The position numbers and the translations under genes are program-made. Of a stretch of 64,000 bases of DNA, positions 40,942 through 51,770 are shown piece after piece; within the stretch, counting starts at the first letter, position 1, and each line of letters opens with the position of its first letter. This stretch comes from an uncultured Anaerolineaceae bacterium. Lineage in GTDB: Bacteria > Chloroflexota > Anaerolineae > Anaerolineales > UBA4823. The notes under the pieces were generated by a model. That model had not been told where the DNA came from. It did no database searches and saw only the letters and a program-made list of their open reading frames with translations. The stretch spans positions 1,707 through 65,706 of the forward strand of contig CAYGZL010000052.1 of NCBI GenBank assembly GCA_964354345.1, written 5' to 3'.

Positions 40942-41805
40942 ATGAGTATCTTGATTAATAAAAATACCCGCCTGTTGGTGCAGGGAATAACCGGCAACGA
41001 AGGGCTTTTCCATACCACCCAGATGGTGGCTTATGGCACCAATGTGGTAGGTGGAATGACGCCTGGCAAAGGCGGTGAATGGGTGCTGGAGGGCAAGATT
41101 CCTGTCTTCGACTCAGTCAAGTTTGCTGTCGAAGCCACCGGGGCGAACACCAGCATCATATTTGTCCCTGCCCGTTTCGCGGCAGATGCCATCTTCGAAG
41201 CAGCTGATGCCGGGATTGCACTGATCGTTTGCATCACCGAAGGCATCCCCGTGCAAGATATGATGCGCGTGCGGAACTATTTAGACCAGAAAGAAATTCG
41301 CCTGGTTGGTCCGAACTGTCCCGGTCTACTTACCCCAGGCGAAGCCAAGGTTGGGATTATCCCCGGCGACATCACTATCCCCGGACGAATCGGCGTTGTA
41401 TCACGCTCAGGCACACTGACATACGAAGTCTTATATGCCTTGATGCTGGTTGGTCTGGGTGTAAGCACGTGCATAGGTATCGGCGGAGATCCCATTAATG
41501 GCACCAATTTTATTGACTGCCTGGGGATGTTCGAAGACGATCCGCACACAGATAAGGTGGTGCTGATCGGCGAAATTGGTGGTTCCGATGAAGAGAGAGC
41601 AGCCGAATTTATCGCTGACCATATGACCAAGCCCGTTGTTAGCTTCATCGCTGGTCAAACTGCACCGCCAGGAAAACGGATGGGACACGCTGGTGCGATT
41701 GTAGAAGGAGGCTCTGGTCTGGCGGTAGATAAGATTAAAGCGCTCCAGGCTATCGGTGTACGTGTCGCCCAACATCCCGAGCAAATACCCGAACTACTGG
41801 TTTAG
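40942..41805 (+). CDS. sucD: Succinyl-CoA synthetase alpha subunit
   Basis: SRSGTLTYE and the active-site His context GHAGAI. Confidence 0.95.
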   Translation: MSILINKNTRLLVQGITGNEGLFHTTQMVAYGTNVVGGMTPGKGGEWVLEGKIPVFDSVKFAVEATGANTSIIFVPARFAADAIFEAADAGIALIVCITEGIPVQDMMRVRNYLDQKEIRLVGPNCPGLLTPGEAKVGIIPGDITIPGRIGVVSRSGTLTYEVLYALMLVGLGVSTCIGIGGDPINGTNFIDCLGMFEDDPHTDKVVLIGEIGGSDEERAAEFIADHMTKPVVSFIAGQTAPPGKRMGHAGAIVEGGSGLAVDKIKALQAIGVRVAQHPEQIPELLV

Positions 41806-41815
41806 GGAAAGACAG

Positions 41816-41851
41816 AAAAATCCGTCCCCAGGGATTCGAGGACGGATTATT
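41816..41851. terminator. Bidirectional terminator between sucD and acpP
   Basis: AAAAATCCGTCC-loop-GGACGGATTATT. Confidence 0.6.
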
Positions 41852-41902
41852 AATACAATAGTGAGTATTCGCCACCGAAGGCGCTGGCCGATACCCGTCT
41901 AA

Positions 41903-42142
41903 TTATTTCTTCATACGTTCTTCAATGTACCGGACAGCCTCACCGACTGTCGTGATCTTCTGAGCGTCCTCGTCGGAAATCTCACCGCCAAATTTATCTT
42001 CGAAGGCCATGATCAATTCAACGAGATCCAAAGAGTCGGCTTCCAGATCCTCGCGGAACCGGGCTTCAGGGACGATTTTACTCTCATCAACCCCAAGGAG
42101 CTCCACGATAATATCCTTGACCTCTAAAAATGTGTCAGCCAT
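41903..42142 (-). CDS. acpP: Acyl carrier protein
   Basis: Phosphopantetheine site in [17 protein letters not shown]. Confidence 0.9.
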   Translation of the reverse strand: MADTFLEVKDIIVELLGVDESKIVPEARFREDLEADSLDLVELIMAFEDKFGGEISDEDAQKITTVGEAVRYIEERMKK

Positions 42143-42215
42143 AAGTCATCCTCCTGCAGAATATTAAGCTAATTGTAACCCCGGCCTGTATTCTGTCAAG
42201 TCTGAAAACCATTGA

Positions 42216-42244
42216 TTGACATGCTTAAGCCGGACTGGTAAGAT
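42216..42244 (+). promoter_or_regulatory. Candidate promoter for fni-polyprenyl synthase operon
   Basis: TTGACA, a 17-nt spacer, then TAAGAT, ending 27 nt before the fni ATG. Confidence 0.4.
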
Positions 42245-42271
42245 AATTCCATCGAACAGGAACACCGTGGT

Positions 42272-43309
42272 ATGCCTAAAGTTACGCCGATTGGCTCTCG
42301 AAAATCTGATCACATCCGTATCAATCTAGAAGATGATGTACAGTCTGGCCTGACAACAGGTTTAGAACGCTACCGCTTCAACCATCAGGCTTTGCCAGAA
42401 TTGAACCTGGAAGATGTTGATCTCAGCCTACAGCTTTTTGGCAAGAAATTACAGATACCCATATTAATTTCTTCAATGACAGGAGGAACTGAACAAGCAG
42501 CAACGATCAACCTCATTTTAGCGCAGGCAGCTCAACTGACGGGTATCGCGATGGGGTTAGGCTCCCAACGCGCCGCGATCGATCATCCTGAATTAGCGCC
42601 TACTTTCCAGGTGCGTCATGTCGCACCGGATGTGCTACTCTTCGCCAATTTGGGAGCTGTACAGCTCAACTATACCTATGGTGTGACTGAGTGCCAGCGC
42701 GCGGTTGACATGATCGAGGCAGATGCGTTGATCCTGCATCTGAACGCCCTGCAAGAAGCCGTGCAGCCGGAAGGAGATACCCGTTTCGCTGGATTAGCAA
42801 AGAAGATCGAAGCAGTATGCCGGTCATTATCGGTTCCGGTCATCGTTAAGGAAGTCGGATGGGGATTCTCAGAGCGGGACGCTCGAATACTGGCCGACTC
42901 TGGTGTGGCGGCGATTGATGTCGCCGGGGCTGGCGGTACTTCCTGGTCACAAGTCGAGACCCAACGCGCCCAAAACGAGAGCCAGAAGCGCCTGGCGGCT
43001 GCCTTTATTGATTGGGGGATTCCAACTGCCGAAGCCATTCAGAATGTACGTCTTGGTGCGCCTAACCTGATCCTCATTGCCTCGGGTGGCTTACGTTCTG
43101 GTGTAGATATTGCCAAATGCCTGGCCTTAGGCGCAAGCCTGGGTGGCATGGCCAACCCATTCCTAAAAGCCGCTGTGCGTTCTTTAGACGACACGGTTTT
43201 GATTATTGAGGAAGTCCGCCGGGAAATCCAGGTGAGTATGTTCGCTGCCGGGGTGCCAAACATCACTCGACTTCAACAAACCCCGCTGTTAAAAATAAGA
43301 GGTAAATAA
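42272..43309 (+). CDS. fni: Type 2 isopentenyl-diphosphate delta-isomerase (FMN-dependent)
   Basis: TIM-barrel IDI-2 pattern ([22 protein letters not shown]). Confidence 0.9.
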   Translation: MPKVTPIGSRKSDHIRINLEDDVQSGLTTGLERYRFNHQALPELNLEDVDLSLQLFGKKLQIPILISSMTGGTEQAATINLILAQAAQLTGIAMGLGSQRAAIDHPELAPTFQVRHVAPDVLLFANLGAVQLNYTYGVTECQRAVDMIEADALILHLNALQEAVQPEGDTRFAGLAKKIEAVCRSLSVPVIVKEVGWGFSERDARILADSGVAAIDVAGAGGTSWSQVETQRAQNESQKRLAAAFIDWGIPTAEAIQNVRLGAPNLILIASGGLRSGVDIAKCLALGASLGGMANPFLKAAVRSLDDTVLIIEEVRREIQVSMFAAGVPNITRLQQTPLLKIRGK

Positions 43310-43317
43310 CCATTAAG

Positions 43318-44331
43318 ATGGCACTCGAGATATTTACACGCACGATGATTCCCGCAGTTGAGAGGGAAATGCAGCAGGTTGTCACCCGAGCAGGCGGTTT
43401 GAACACGGAGGCATTGCGTCAGATGCTGGCTTACCATATGGGGTGGGAAGGCGAGGGCGCCGGTCCAGAGGCGCGTGGCAAACGTATTCGCCCATTATTG
43501 GTTTTACTCTCCAACGCTTCCGCTGGCGGTAATTGGCGACACGCTCTGCCAGCAGCAGCCGCAGTCGAGTTGATCCATAATTTTTCACTGATTCACGATG
43601 ATATTGAAGATAACAGTCCTCTCCGTCGTGGTCGCGTCACAGTTTGGGCGCAGTGGGGTATTCCCCAGGCAATCAATGCCGGCGATGCGGTATTAATTCT
43701 GGCTCACCTGGCAATACTGGGCTTAGAGGAATCCGCTTCACCCACCATCACCTTACAGGCCAGCCGCATCATATATGAAACTTGCCTCCACTTAACCCAG
43801 GGGCAGTACTTGGATATTCATTATGAAGGATCTACCGATCTGACAATCGAATCTTATTGGCCAATGGTAGAGGGGAAGACTGCCGCTTTGCTGGCTGCGT
43901 GTACTGAATTGGGTGCATTGATTGCAGAAACGTCAACGAATCGACGCATTGCATACCGTAAATTTGGGGTGCAATTAGGCAAAGCTTTCCAGGTCTTCGA
44001 TGATTTTCTCGGTATATGGGGAGATGCCGCTCTGACTGGAAAACCGTCTGATAGCGATCTGGTCTCGGGGAAGAAATCACTGCCCGTTTTGTATGGTTTG
44101 GCGCAAGGAGGACCTTTTGCACAACGTTGGGCCCAAGGTGCGATTGCATCACCTGAAGTACCCGCCCTGGCCGCCCAACTGGCCAAAGAAGGCGCCAAAG
44201 ACTATACGCAAGGTGAAGCAGCCAGGTTGACCGAACAAGCGTTACAAGCCTTGCAGGAAGCCGATCCCCAGGGCGAAGCTGGCCAAGCTTTGATCGAATT
44301 GGCGCATAAGTTGTTAAACCGAACTTCATAG
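43318..44331 (+). CDS. Polyprenyl diphosphate synthase (GGPP synthase-like)
   Basis: First and second Asp-rich motifs: LIHDDIEDNSPLRRG and FQVFDDFLG. Confidence 0.85.
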   Translation: MALEIFTRTMIPAVEREMQQVVTRAGGLNTEALRQMLAYHMGWEGEGAGPEARGKRIRPLLVLLSNASAGGNWRHALPAAAAVELIHNFSLIHDDIEDNSPLRRGRVTVWAQWGIPQAINAGDAVLILAHLAILGLEESASPTITLQASRIIYETCLHLTQGQYLDIHYEGSTDLTIESYWPMVEGKTAALLAACTELGALIAETSTNRRIAYRKFGVQLGKAFQVFDDFLGIWGDAALTGKPSDSDLVSGKKSLPVLYGLAQGGPFAQRWAQGAIASPEVPALAAQLAKEGAKDYTQGEAARLTEQALQALQEADPQGEAGQALIELAHKLLNRTS

Positions 44332-44338
44332 ACTTAAA

Positions 44339-45682
44339 CTAAACAAATTCCAGGAATACCTGGTTGCCCACCATCCGACCTCGGGCAGTCAACCTGAGAA
44401 TGTCACCTGTGTTGGGATCCCATTCTAGTAAACCGACCTTAATGAGACGTTCGATTTGCCGCCCATAGACATCTAACAGGGATTCTCCAAACCTGGCGCG
44501 AAAACCATCCTTCGACACACCCTCGCGGGTTAAGCGTAATCCCATCATCATCAGATCTCCTTGTTCAGTAGTGCGATCTACAGGTTGAACAACCTGCGTA
44601 GCTGGCGTTTGGGGAAAAGGTAAAGATGCCCCAGACCTGCTTCCATCTGGTAAGCAACGCTGGATGTAAGCCTGTGGCGCCAGGACATTCACAGTCCGAA
44701 CGCCTCCCGCAAAACCATGCGCTCCCGCACCCAACCCCAGATAAGGTAATGTTCGCCAGTATTGTAGGTTGTGGCGGCAGGCCAGCCACGGAGTTTCCGT
44801 ATCAGGGCAACCGCTCGGTAACCGATCGATATCCCTGCCTCGATTTGTGCGCGCCCAATTAGAAATTTCATACTGCTGGTAACCAGCCATTTCCAACCGT
44901 TCGCTGGCCCACTCAACCATATCTGCTGCCAGATCCACATCCGGATCCGCAATTAAACCTCGCTGCGCCCAATTGGCCAGCGGTGTGCCATGCTCTAATG
45001 TCAAAGCGTACAAGGAAAAATGCTCCGGATACAATCCCAACGCCAACTCAAGGGTATGTTGCCAGGTTTCCATCCGCTGTTGCGGCAATCCATAGATCAA
45101 ATCCAGGTTAAGGTTTTTAAAGCCAGCCTGACGCGCCCAGGTAACTGACTGGATAACGTCTTGATAATCGTGCTGTCGTTCTAACAAACGGAGCTCTTCC
45201 GGATTGGCCGACTGTACACCCAGACTTAATCGGTCAATACCCAAAGACCGCAACCCGTGTAGATATACACGATTGAGAGTACCCGGGTTCGCCTCCACGG
45301 TCATTTCTAAATCGGTCGCCCAACGAAAAGCGTTTTGTAATGCCGTTACGATCTGCGTGAACTCCGGAAGGGAAAGTAAGGAAGGGGTCCCCCCACCAAA
45401 GTATATTGTATGAACCGGCAGCTGTTTTTCTGTGTTCTCCGTCAGAAATTGAATTTCAGCACATAAAGCGCGGACATATTCTGGGATCAAAGACTCCAGG
45501 CCAGAGAAAGTATTGAAATCACAATAACCGCAACGATGACGGCAAAAAGGAATATGAAGATAAAGGCTATAGAAGCTGTCGGCAGCCATCAAAGCTGGAG
45601 TATACCACGCTGGTTTGCCCTTTACCTTTCCTTGAAGGCTGGTATAATCCGTGTGTTTAGCCGCTGGCTCGGGCTTATTCAC
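44339..45682 (-). CDS. hemW: Radical SAM heme chaperone HemW / oxygen-independent coproporphyrinogen oxidase-like
   Basis: YLHIPFCRHRCGYCDF motif. An internal Met at 45589 is a plausible alternative start. Confidence 0.85.
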   Translation of the reverse strand: MNKPEPAAKHTDYTSLQGKVKGKPAWYTPALMAADSFYSLYLHIPFCRHRCGYCDFNTFSGLESLIPEYVRALCAEIQFLTENTEKQLPVHTIYFGGGTPSLLSLPEFTQIVTALQNAFRWATDLEMTVEANPGTLNRVYLHGLRSLGIDRLSLGVQSANPEELRLLERQHDYQDVIQSVTWARQAGFKNLNLDLIYGLPQQRMETWQHTLELALGLYPEHFSLYALTLEHGTPLANWAQRGLIADPDVDLAADMVEWASERLEMAGYQQYEISNWARTNRGRDIDRLPSGCPDTETPWLACRHNLQYWRTLPYLGLGAGAHGFAGGVRTVNVLAPQAYIQRCLPDGSRSGASLPFPQTPATQVVQPVDRTTEQGDLMMMGLRLTREGVSKDGFRARFGESLLDVYGRQIERLIKVGLLEWDPNTGDILRLTARGRMVGNQVFLEFV

Positions 45683-45711
45683 CCAACCAGCCTTCTGTTG
45701 ATTGAAACGTT

Positions 45712-46878
45712 ATGAGTCCTGAATCTACAACCAAACCGACGAAAATCTGTCCCACCTGTGGAACGCGTGTGAACGAGGATGCGGTTCGTTGCCTGGTTTG
45801 TGGCACCGATCTGACAGTTCTTGAAAAATCTATTCACCCCCCGAAAGTTGTTCAAGGCAGCCGGATGCCCGAGGTCACTTTCGGTCTCCCCGCCGCATTG
45901 GGACTATTAGCGCTTTTTCTTGGGATCGGGGCGCTGTTAGTCTATTTTGCCATGCGCCAGACAACAACACCAATTGTTCAAGCCACTGCCACACCTACCG
46001 TTACCATCACACCGACACCTACAACATCACTTACTCCGATCCCCCCTACGCTCACGTACACGCCACTTCCCAGTCCAACACCGCTTACCTACAAAGTCAA
46101 AGCCAATGACAGTTGTAGTACGATCGCCTATGCTTTCAAAGTTTCAATCCAGAGTATCGTGCTGCTAAACAACCTTCCTGCTACCTGCACTACGTTGGTA
46201 ATCGGGCAGGAGCTTTTCATTCCACAACCGACTCCAACATCTACCCCTTTGCCAACCTCGACCCTGAGCGCAGCCGAAGCCACTGAGGCTGCCTGTCAGA
46301 AGGCAGATTATACCGTCCAGGATAAGGACACGCTTAGCAGTATATCACTGAACTATAATGTGCCTTCGGACGCAATCATACAATATAATGGACTGGTCAA
46401 TAATATAGTTCGTTCAGGACAAAAATTAGTCATCCCGTTGTGTGAACGTAGTCAGGCAGGGGTGACGCCAACTCCCACCATCCCACCGCCCTATCCGGCA
46501 GCCAACCTGTTGCTGCCAGCCGATGGTGCAGTCTTCATGTCAATCGATGATATTGTCACCTTACAATGGGCTTCGGTTGGTACGCTACGGGAGAACGAGT
46601 CCTATGCCATTACTGCGGAAGATATCACGGAAGGCCAGGGTCGGAAGATAGTCGTGTATGTTACTGATACCAAACTCATCATGCCCTCCACCTTCCGTTC
46701 GAGCGATCCAGCTCCGCATGTAATCCGCTGGTGGATTTCTACAGTTCGCCAGATTGGCACGGACGACGCCGGGAATCCCATCTGGGATCCAGCTGGCGCG
46801 ATCAGTGCGCCGCGCGTCTTTGCCTGGGTTGGCGGTTCCTCCGGCTTGCCCATTACAACACCCACAACCAATAAATAA
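45712..46878 (+). CDS. Zinc-ribbon / TM / Thr-Pro-rich linker / 2x LysM protein
   Basis: CPTCGTRVNEDAVRCLVCG, then one TM segment, then TPT repeats. Two LysM-like blocks follow (YKVKANDSCSTIAYAF.., YTVQDKDTLSSISLNY..). Confidence 0.75.
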   Translation: MSPESTTKPTKICPTCGTRVNEDAVRCLVCGTDLTVLEKSIHPPKVVQGSRMPEVTFGLPAALGLLALFLGIGALLVYFAMRQTTTPIVQATATPTVTITPTPTTSLTPIPPTLTYTPLPSPTPLTYKVKANDSCSTIAYAFKVSIQSIVLLNNLPATCTTLVIGQELFIPQPTPTSTPLPTSTLSAAEATEAACQKADYTVQDKDTLSSISLNYNVPSDAIIQYNGLVNNIVRSGQKLVIPLCERSQAGVTPTPTIPPPYPAANLLLPADGAVFMSIDDIVTLQWASVGTLRENESYAITAEDITEGQGRKIVVYVTDTKLIMPSTFRSSDPAPHVIRWWISTVRQIGTDDAGNPIWDPAGAISAPRVFAWVGGSSGLPITTPTTNK

Positions 46879-46888
46879 TATTGGAATC

Positions 46889-47218
46889 CTAGTACAAACA
46901 TGGATCGGTTATGCGCAAGACAGCATGGCCATAACCAGGGATGACCTGACCCGATATCAGTGTCTGCCAGGCACACTCCCGGAGTTGCTCCGGTGTCGGA
47001 ATTCCGCAGCTCTGGAATGGTGAAGCCGCGGAAACGGATACCCTCGTTTGGGTCGACACAAGAAATATCAGTAACCAACGATTTATTATTTCGGTCACCA
47101 CCGCATACCTGGCCGATGGGAACTTCATCTACCTTGACTTCACTGGACTCTTTGACCAGCTTCCGTACACGTTCGCGCCAGGCAGTAGCCGGATTGCGAA
47201 TTTATCGTGTAGGATCAT
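46889..47218 (-). pseudogene. Citrate synthase relic (frameshifted, with large internal and 3' deletions)
   Basis: Reverse-strand frames encode [59 protein letters not shown] and, in another frame, [31 protein letters not shown] followed by a stop. Both match widely separated citrate synthase signature regions. Confidence 0.75.
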
Positions 47219-47245
47219 CCTTCGCTCCTTCTCTGTTGAGTTGAT

Positions 47246-48172
47246 TTAGAACTTCAACTTAGCAATACTCTCGGTCACGCCACGGGCAGACTTCTTCAAC
47301 AAGGCAATCTCAGCCTCGGTAAGTTTATACTCAACAACTTTCTCAATGCCCTGCCGTCCTAATTGAACCGGAACACCGAAGAAAATATCATTCAATCCAT
47401 ATTGACCCGAAAGGTAAGCAGAGGCCGGAACAATTAAATGCTTATCTTTCAAAATTGCTTCTACCATCTGAGCCACCGCAACCGATGGCGCATAATAAGC
47501 GCTACCTGTCTTCAGCAAGCTGACAATCTCTCCGCCACCGCTACGTGTACGATCAACAATAGCTGTCAGCCGGTCAGGCGGAAGCACATCCTCCAAAGGA
47601 ATACCTGCAACATTAGAGTGCCTGGTTAAAGGCACCATCTCATTGCCATGTCCACCCAATACATAGCAATGAATATTTTCCACACTGACACCCAGTTCCA
47701 ACGCCACAAACGCGCGCATCCTGGCCGAGTCGAGGATTCCAGCTTGACCCACCACACGGTAAGGTTCTATCTTAGCGACTTTCATCGCCAGGTAAGACAT
47801 CACATCCAGCGGATTGGTCAGGATAATCAGGATTGCATCGGGCGAAAATTTTATCGCTTCCAGCGCTGCTTTTTGAACAATTTCAGCATTGGCAAACAAC
47901 AAATCATCCCGGCTCATGCCGGGCTTGCGCGGCAGACCTGCCGTGATGACCACAATATCCGATCCAGCCGTTGCGGTAAAATCATTACTACCAATCACAT
48001 TGACATCCTTACCGATAACCGGCATCGACTCGAGCAGATCAAGGGCTTTCCCTTGGGGCATGCCTGGCAACACATCCACCAACACCAGGTCGGCAATTTC
48101 ACGTTCGGCTAACCAGTGAGCAGTAGTCGAACCGGTCATACCAGCACCAACGATCGCCACTTTGTTCTTCAT
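47246..48172 (-). CDS. mdh: Malate dehydrogenase (LDH-like family)
   Basis: KVAIVGAGMTGSTTA Rossmann motif, and GLPRKPGMSRDDL carrying the MDH-type Arg. Confidence 0.9.
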   Translation of the reverse strand: MKNKVAIVGAGMTGSTTAHWLAEREIADLVLVDVLPGMPQGKALDLLESMPVIGKDVNVIGSNDFTATAGSDIVVITAGLPRKPGMSRDDLLFANAEIVQKAALEAIKFSPDAILIILTNPLDVMSYLAMKVAKIEPYRVVGQAGILDSARMRAFVALELGVSVENIHCYVLGGHGNEMVPLTRHSNVAGIPLEDVLPPDRLTAIVDRTRSGGGEIVSLLKTGSAYYAPSVAVAQMVEAILKDKHLIVPASAYLSGQYGLNDIFFGVPVQLGRQGIEKVVEYKLTEAEIALLKKSARGVTESIAKLKF

Positions 48173-48223
48173 AATATATTCCTGAGGAAAAAACAGGTTT
48201 ATTAGCGCCTGCGCGCAGAAAGG

Positions 48224-49198
48224 TTAAAGTAACTGTTCATCCAGAAAATGGTTCACCTGGATCGCAGCCACGGCGCCCATACCGGCGGAGGTTATTACCT
48301 GACGGAAATACGGATCCGTAACTTCACCAGCCGCATAAACACCCGGAATGTTCGTTTGCATCGTGCGATCCGTTACCAGATATCCCAAACCATCCATAGT
48401 TAATTGATTCTGGAATAACTGAGTGTTCGGTGTGTGCCCAATGAAAATAAACAGGCCATCCGTGGGATATTCTGTCTCAACGCCTGTAAGCACATTTTTC
48501 AAAACAACACCACGCAGAGATTGATCGCCCAGGATTGAGGTTATTATTGAGTTCCAAACAAATTTTATCTTAGGATGCGACATGGCGCGCTTTTGTAATA
48601 AAGCCTCAGCCCGCAAGGTATCGCGCCGGTGGATAACGGTCACAGTATTCGCGTAGCGCGTTAGAAATAAACCCTCCTCCAAAGCGCTATCCCCACCGCC
48701 CACAACCACGACCTCTTTATCCTTAAAAAACCAACCATCACAAGTGGCACAGTAGGAAACCCCGCGACCGGTCAATTCTTTTTCCCCCGACACATTGAGA
48801 TGACGGGGAGTCGCCCCAGTAGTTATTATCAGGGACTCCGCCAGGTAAGTTGTGTTATACGTTTGTACCCGAAACGGACGATGCGATAAATCCACTGCTG
48901 TCGCGGTGTCAAATTCGATCTTTGCGCCAAACCGTTCCGCTTGCTTTTGGAATAACTCCGTTAATTGCTGGCCGCCAACCCCCTCAGGAAACCCTGGGTA
49001 GTTTTCAATAGAATAAGTTAATGAGACCTGCCCACCAAGTTCCATACCCGTTAAGACTACTGGAACAAGATCCGCTCGGGCAGTATAAAGTGCGGCGGTT
49101 AAGCCAGCAGGACCAGAACCAAGGATTAAAACCCTGACCGGAGTCACACCAGCACTTACAGCACCGCCTGGGAGATTGGATAAGTTGAATTCAAACAT
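48224..49198 (-). CDS. trxB: Thioredoxin-disulfide reductase
   Basis: Redox-active CATCDG, with two FAD/NADPH GxGxxG motifs. Confidence 0.9.
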   Translation of the reverse strand: MFEFNLSNLPGGAVSAGVTPVRVLILGSGPAGLTAALYTARADLVPVVLTGMELGGQVSLTYSIENYPGFPEGVGGQQLTELFQKQAERFGAKIEFDTATAVDLSHRPFRVQTYNTTYLAESLIITTGATPRHLNVSGEKELTGRGVSYCATCDGWFFKDKEVVVVGGGDSALEEGLFLTRYANTVTVIHRRDTLRAEALLQKRAMSHPKIKFVWNSIITSILGDQSLRGVVLKNVLTGVETEYPTDGLFIFIGHTPNTQLFQNQLTMDGLGYLVTDRTMQTNIPGVYAAGEVTDPYFRQVITSAGMGAVAAIQVNHFLDEQLL

Positions 49199-49303
49199 AA
49201 CACTCTCATCCTCAAAAAAAGTATTATAAAAAGCAAATCACTCTCCATTCTACCAGATGCGTGAAAGGTTCAAAAGTTACTATAATTTCTACCGGTAATA
49301 AAC

Positions 49304-49334
49304 AACGCAACCCGGCATACTCACGGGTTGCGTT
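49304..49334 (-). terminator. Stem-loop downstream of pnp
   Basis: AACGCAACCCG-9 nt-CGGGTTGCGTT, followed on the minus strand by GTTTATT. Confidence 0.55.
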
Positions 49335-49375
49335 ATTACGAAATGACATCACTTGCTAAGGAACTGACAGTGTGG

Positions 49376-51607
49376 CTATCGGCGGTTACCACCACCACCA
49401 GAACCACGCCGATCATTCCCTTGATCACGCGGGCGCTGGGAAGAATAAGGTCGACCACCGGATGATTTCCCACCACCGCTACGCGGCCGATCACGATCTT
49501 GGGCTTCTTCAGCCGTCCAGCCTTCCAACACAGCCTGACGCGAAAGGCGGATTTTCCCTTGGGCGTCAATGTCGGTCACCATCACGGTAATTTCATCACC
49601 GAGTCGCACAATATCTTCGACCTTCTCAACACGTTGAGAGTCAAGCTGTGAGATATGGACCATGCCATCCATGTTGGGTAGTATTTCCACAAACGCGCCG
49701 AAGTCTGCCACACGGACCACCTTGCCTGTGTAAATTCGCCCGACCACAGCCGTCTCGGTTAAGCTTTCAATTCGTTCACGCGCTTTCCGAGCCCTTTCAC
49801 CATCCGAAGCGGCAATATATACCGAGCCGTCATCACCAATATCAATCTTGGCACCGGTCTCTTCCTGAATACTGCGAATCATCTTACCGCCTGGGCCAAT
49901 AACTGCCCCAATTTTCTCCACCGGGATACTGATCCGGGTAATCCGAGGGACATGAGGCTTAAGGTCGGGATGCGGCTCTGGTATAACCGCCAGCATCTTA
50001 TCCAGGATCGCCAACCGACCGACTCGAGCCTGTTGCAATGCCTTCGACATGATCTCAGAGGTTATTCCTTTGATCTTGATATCCATCTGCAAGGCAGTGA
50101 TCCCCTGGGTTGTTCCAGCTACTTTGAAGTCCATATCACCCAGGTGATCCTCAGCTCCCAGGATATCCGTCAGGATTGCATAGCGATCACCCTCTTTGAT
50201 AAGTCCCATCGCCACGCCAGATACTGGCGCCAGAATGGGTACACCTGTATCCATTAACGCCAGCGTCGAACCACAAACAGACGCCATGGAGGTCGAGCCA
50301 TTGGAAGATAACACTTCCGAAACCAGTCGCATGGTGTATGGGAATTCAGGTTCAGGTGGGATGACGGGGATCAGCGCGCGCTCTGCCAGTGCTCCATGTC
50401 CAACTTCCCGGCGTGAAGCCCCACGCAGCATTTTCACCTCACCTGTTGAGAAGGGTGGAAAATTGTAATGGTGAATGTATCGCTTCGTCTCGGCAGGAGA
50501 TAAACCTTCTATCTCCTGGGCTTCCTTCGGTGTTCCCAGGGTGGCCAGCGTTAAAACCTGTGTTTCGCCACGAGTAAACAAACCAGCGCCATGGGCGCGC
50601 GGACTGACACCCACTTCACACCAAATCGGGCGGATATCCGTCAAGCCGCGCCCATCGGGGCGAATCCCTTGTTCGAGAATGCGTCGGCGGACGACTGTTT
50701 TGTACACATCGTCAAAGGCTGATTGCACCATCGGGATTAATGTCTCATCTTCACCCGCTACCCCCGCCTGGATAGCATTTTTTAGCTCATCAATGGCCTT
50801 GTTCCGCTCAGCTTTCTCATATATCTGGCTAAGGATTTCATTTAGTCGCCCCGTTGCCTGTTCGGTAACGGCTGCGTTGATCGCCTCGGCAACTGCATAT
50901 GGAACATAAGCTCGCTTCGGTTTTCCAATTGCGGCTGCCATTTGTTCTTGAACATCAATCAAAGGCTGGATGGCTTTGTGTCCGAAATCTAAAGCCGCGA
51001 TCATCGTAGTTTCAGAAACCTGGTTTGCACCACATTCGACCATCAAGATGGCATCCCGAGTCCCCGCCAACCGTAGATCTAAATTGGATTTTTCCAGTTC
51101 AGAATATCCAGGGTTCACTACGAATTGTCCATCAATCATCCCCACCCGCACAGCTCCAACTGGACCGCCCCAGGGCACATCCGAAATCATCAAAGCGGCG
51201 GAAGCAACATTCACGCCCAAGATATCGATGGGTGTTTCTCCATCCGATGAAAAGGCATAAAATACGACCTGGACATCGTTACGTAAATCCTTGGGAAAGA
51301 GCGGTCGTAGCGGACGATCAATCAGGCGCGCGGTCAGGATCGCATCCTCAGAGGGTCGGCCTTCACGCCGGAAGTAAGAGCCCGGGATGCGTCCCCCGGC
51401 ATACATTCGTTCTTCATAATCTACTGTCAAAGGGAAAAAATCTATGCCTGTGCGAATCTCCGGCGCCATCGTGGCAGCCGCGAAGACCATCGTATCGCCA
51501 ACGCGTAGAGTCACCGAACCACCGGCCTGCCCGGCAAGCTTCCCCGTCTCAAAGGTAAACGTCAGTTTACCAACTGAGGTATTAAATTGTTTTCCTTCTG
51601 GTACCAT
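49376..51607 (-). CDS. pnp: Polyribonucleotide nucleotidyltransferase (PNPase) with Arg/Gly-rich C-terminal tail
   Basis: Two RNase PH-like domains plus KH and S1 domains. The tail reads [38 protein letters not shown]. Confidence 0.95.
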   Translation of the reverse strand: MVPEGKQFNTSVGKLTFTFETGKLAGQAGGSVTLRVGDTMVFAAATMAPEIRTGIDFFPLTVDYEERMYAGGRIPGSYFRREGRPSEDAILTARLIDRPLRPLFPKDLRNDVQVVFYAFSSDGETPIDILGVNVASAALMISDVPWGGPVGAVRVGMIDGQFVVNPGYSELEKSNLDLRLAGTRDAILMVECGANQVSETTMIAALDFGHKAIQPLIDVQEQMAAAIGKPKRAYVPYAVAEAINAAVTEQATGRLNEILSQIYEKAERNKAIDELKNAIQAGVAGEDETLIPMVQSAFDDVYKTVVRRRILEQGIRPDGRGLTDIRPIWCEVGVSPRAHGAGLFTRGETQVLTLATLGTPKEAQEIEGLSPAETKRYIHHYNFPPFSTGEVKMLRGASRREVGHGALAERALIPVIPPEPEFPYTMRLVSEVLSSNGSTSMASVCGSTLALMDTGVPILAPVSGVAMGLIKEGDRYAILTDILGAEDHLGDMDFKVAGTTQGITALQMDIKIKGITSEIMSKALQQARVGRLAILDKMLAVIPEPHPDLKPHVPRITRISIPVEKIGAVIGPGGKMIRSIQEETGAKIDIGDDGSVYIAASDGERARKARERIESLTETAVVGRIYTGKVVRVADFGAFVEILPNMDGMVHISQLDSQRVEKVEDIVRLGDEITVMVTDIDAQGKIRLSRQAVLEGWTAEEAQDRDRPRSGGGKSSGGRPYSSQRPRDQGNDRRGSGGGGNRR

Positions 51608-51726
51608 TTTTCCTCCTGGTACTCGCCCACCTAGTCAGGAACTGAAAGCCGCCGACAACTGCCTTTCCAAGAAGTTATCACCGCCTTTCAATGCCTAACC
51701 GGCAGGCGAAATAGTTTTTAAAAAAT

Positions 51727-51758
51727 GAGTAGATGGGAGACCTGCGCACCATCTACTC
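51727..51758 (-). terminator. rpsO terminator/attenuator upstream of pnp
   Basis: GAGTAGATGG-12 nt-CCATCTACTC, followed on the minus strand by ATTTTTTAAAAA. Confidence 0.6.
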
Positions 51759-51770
51759 TGGTGTACGATC

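Noticed and set aside
46602-47078. 158-aa minus-strand ORF that could be called as a protein-coding gene.
   Set aside because: Only its first roughly 25 residues ([22 protein letters not shown]) are meaningful citrate synthase sequence. The rest is out-of-frame read-through running antisense into the LysM gene. It is treated as part of the citrate synthase relic.
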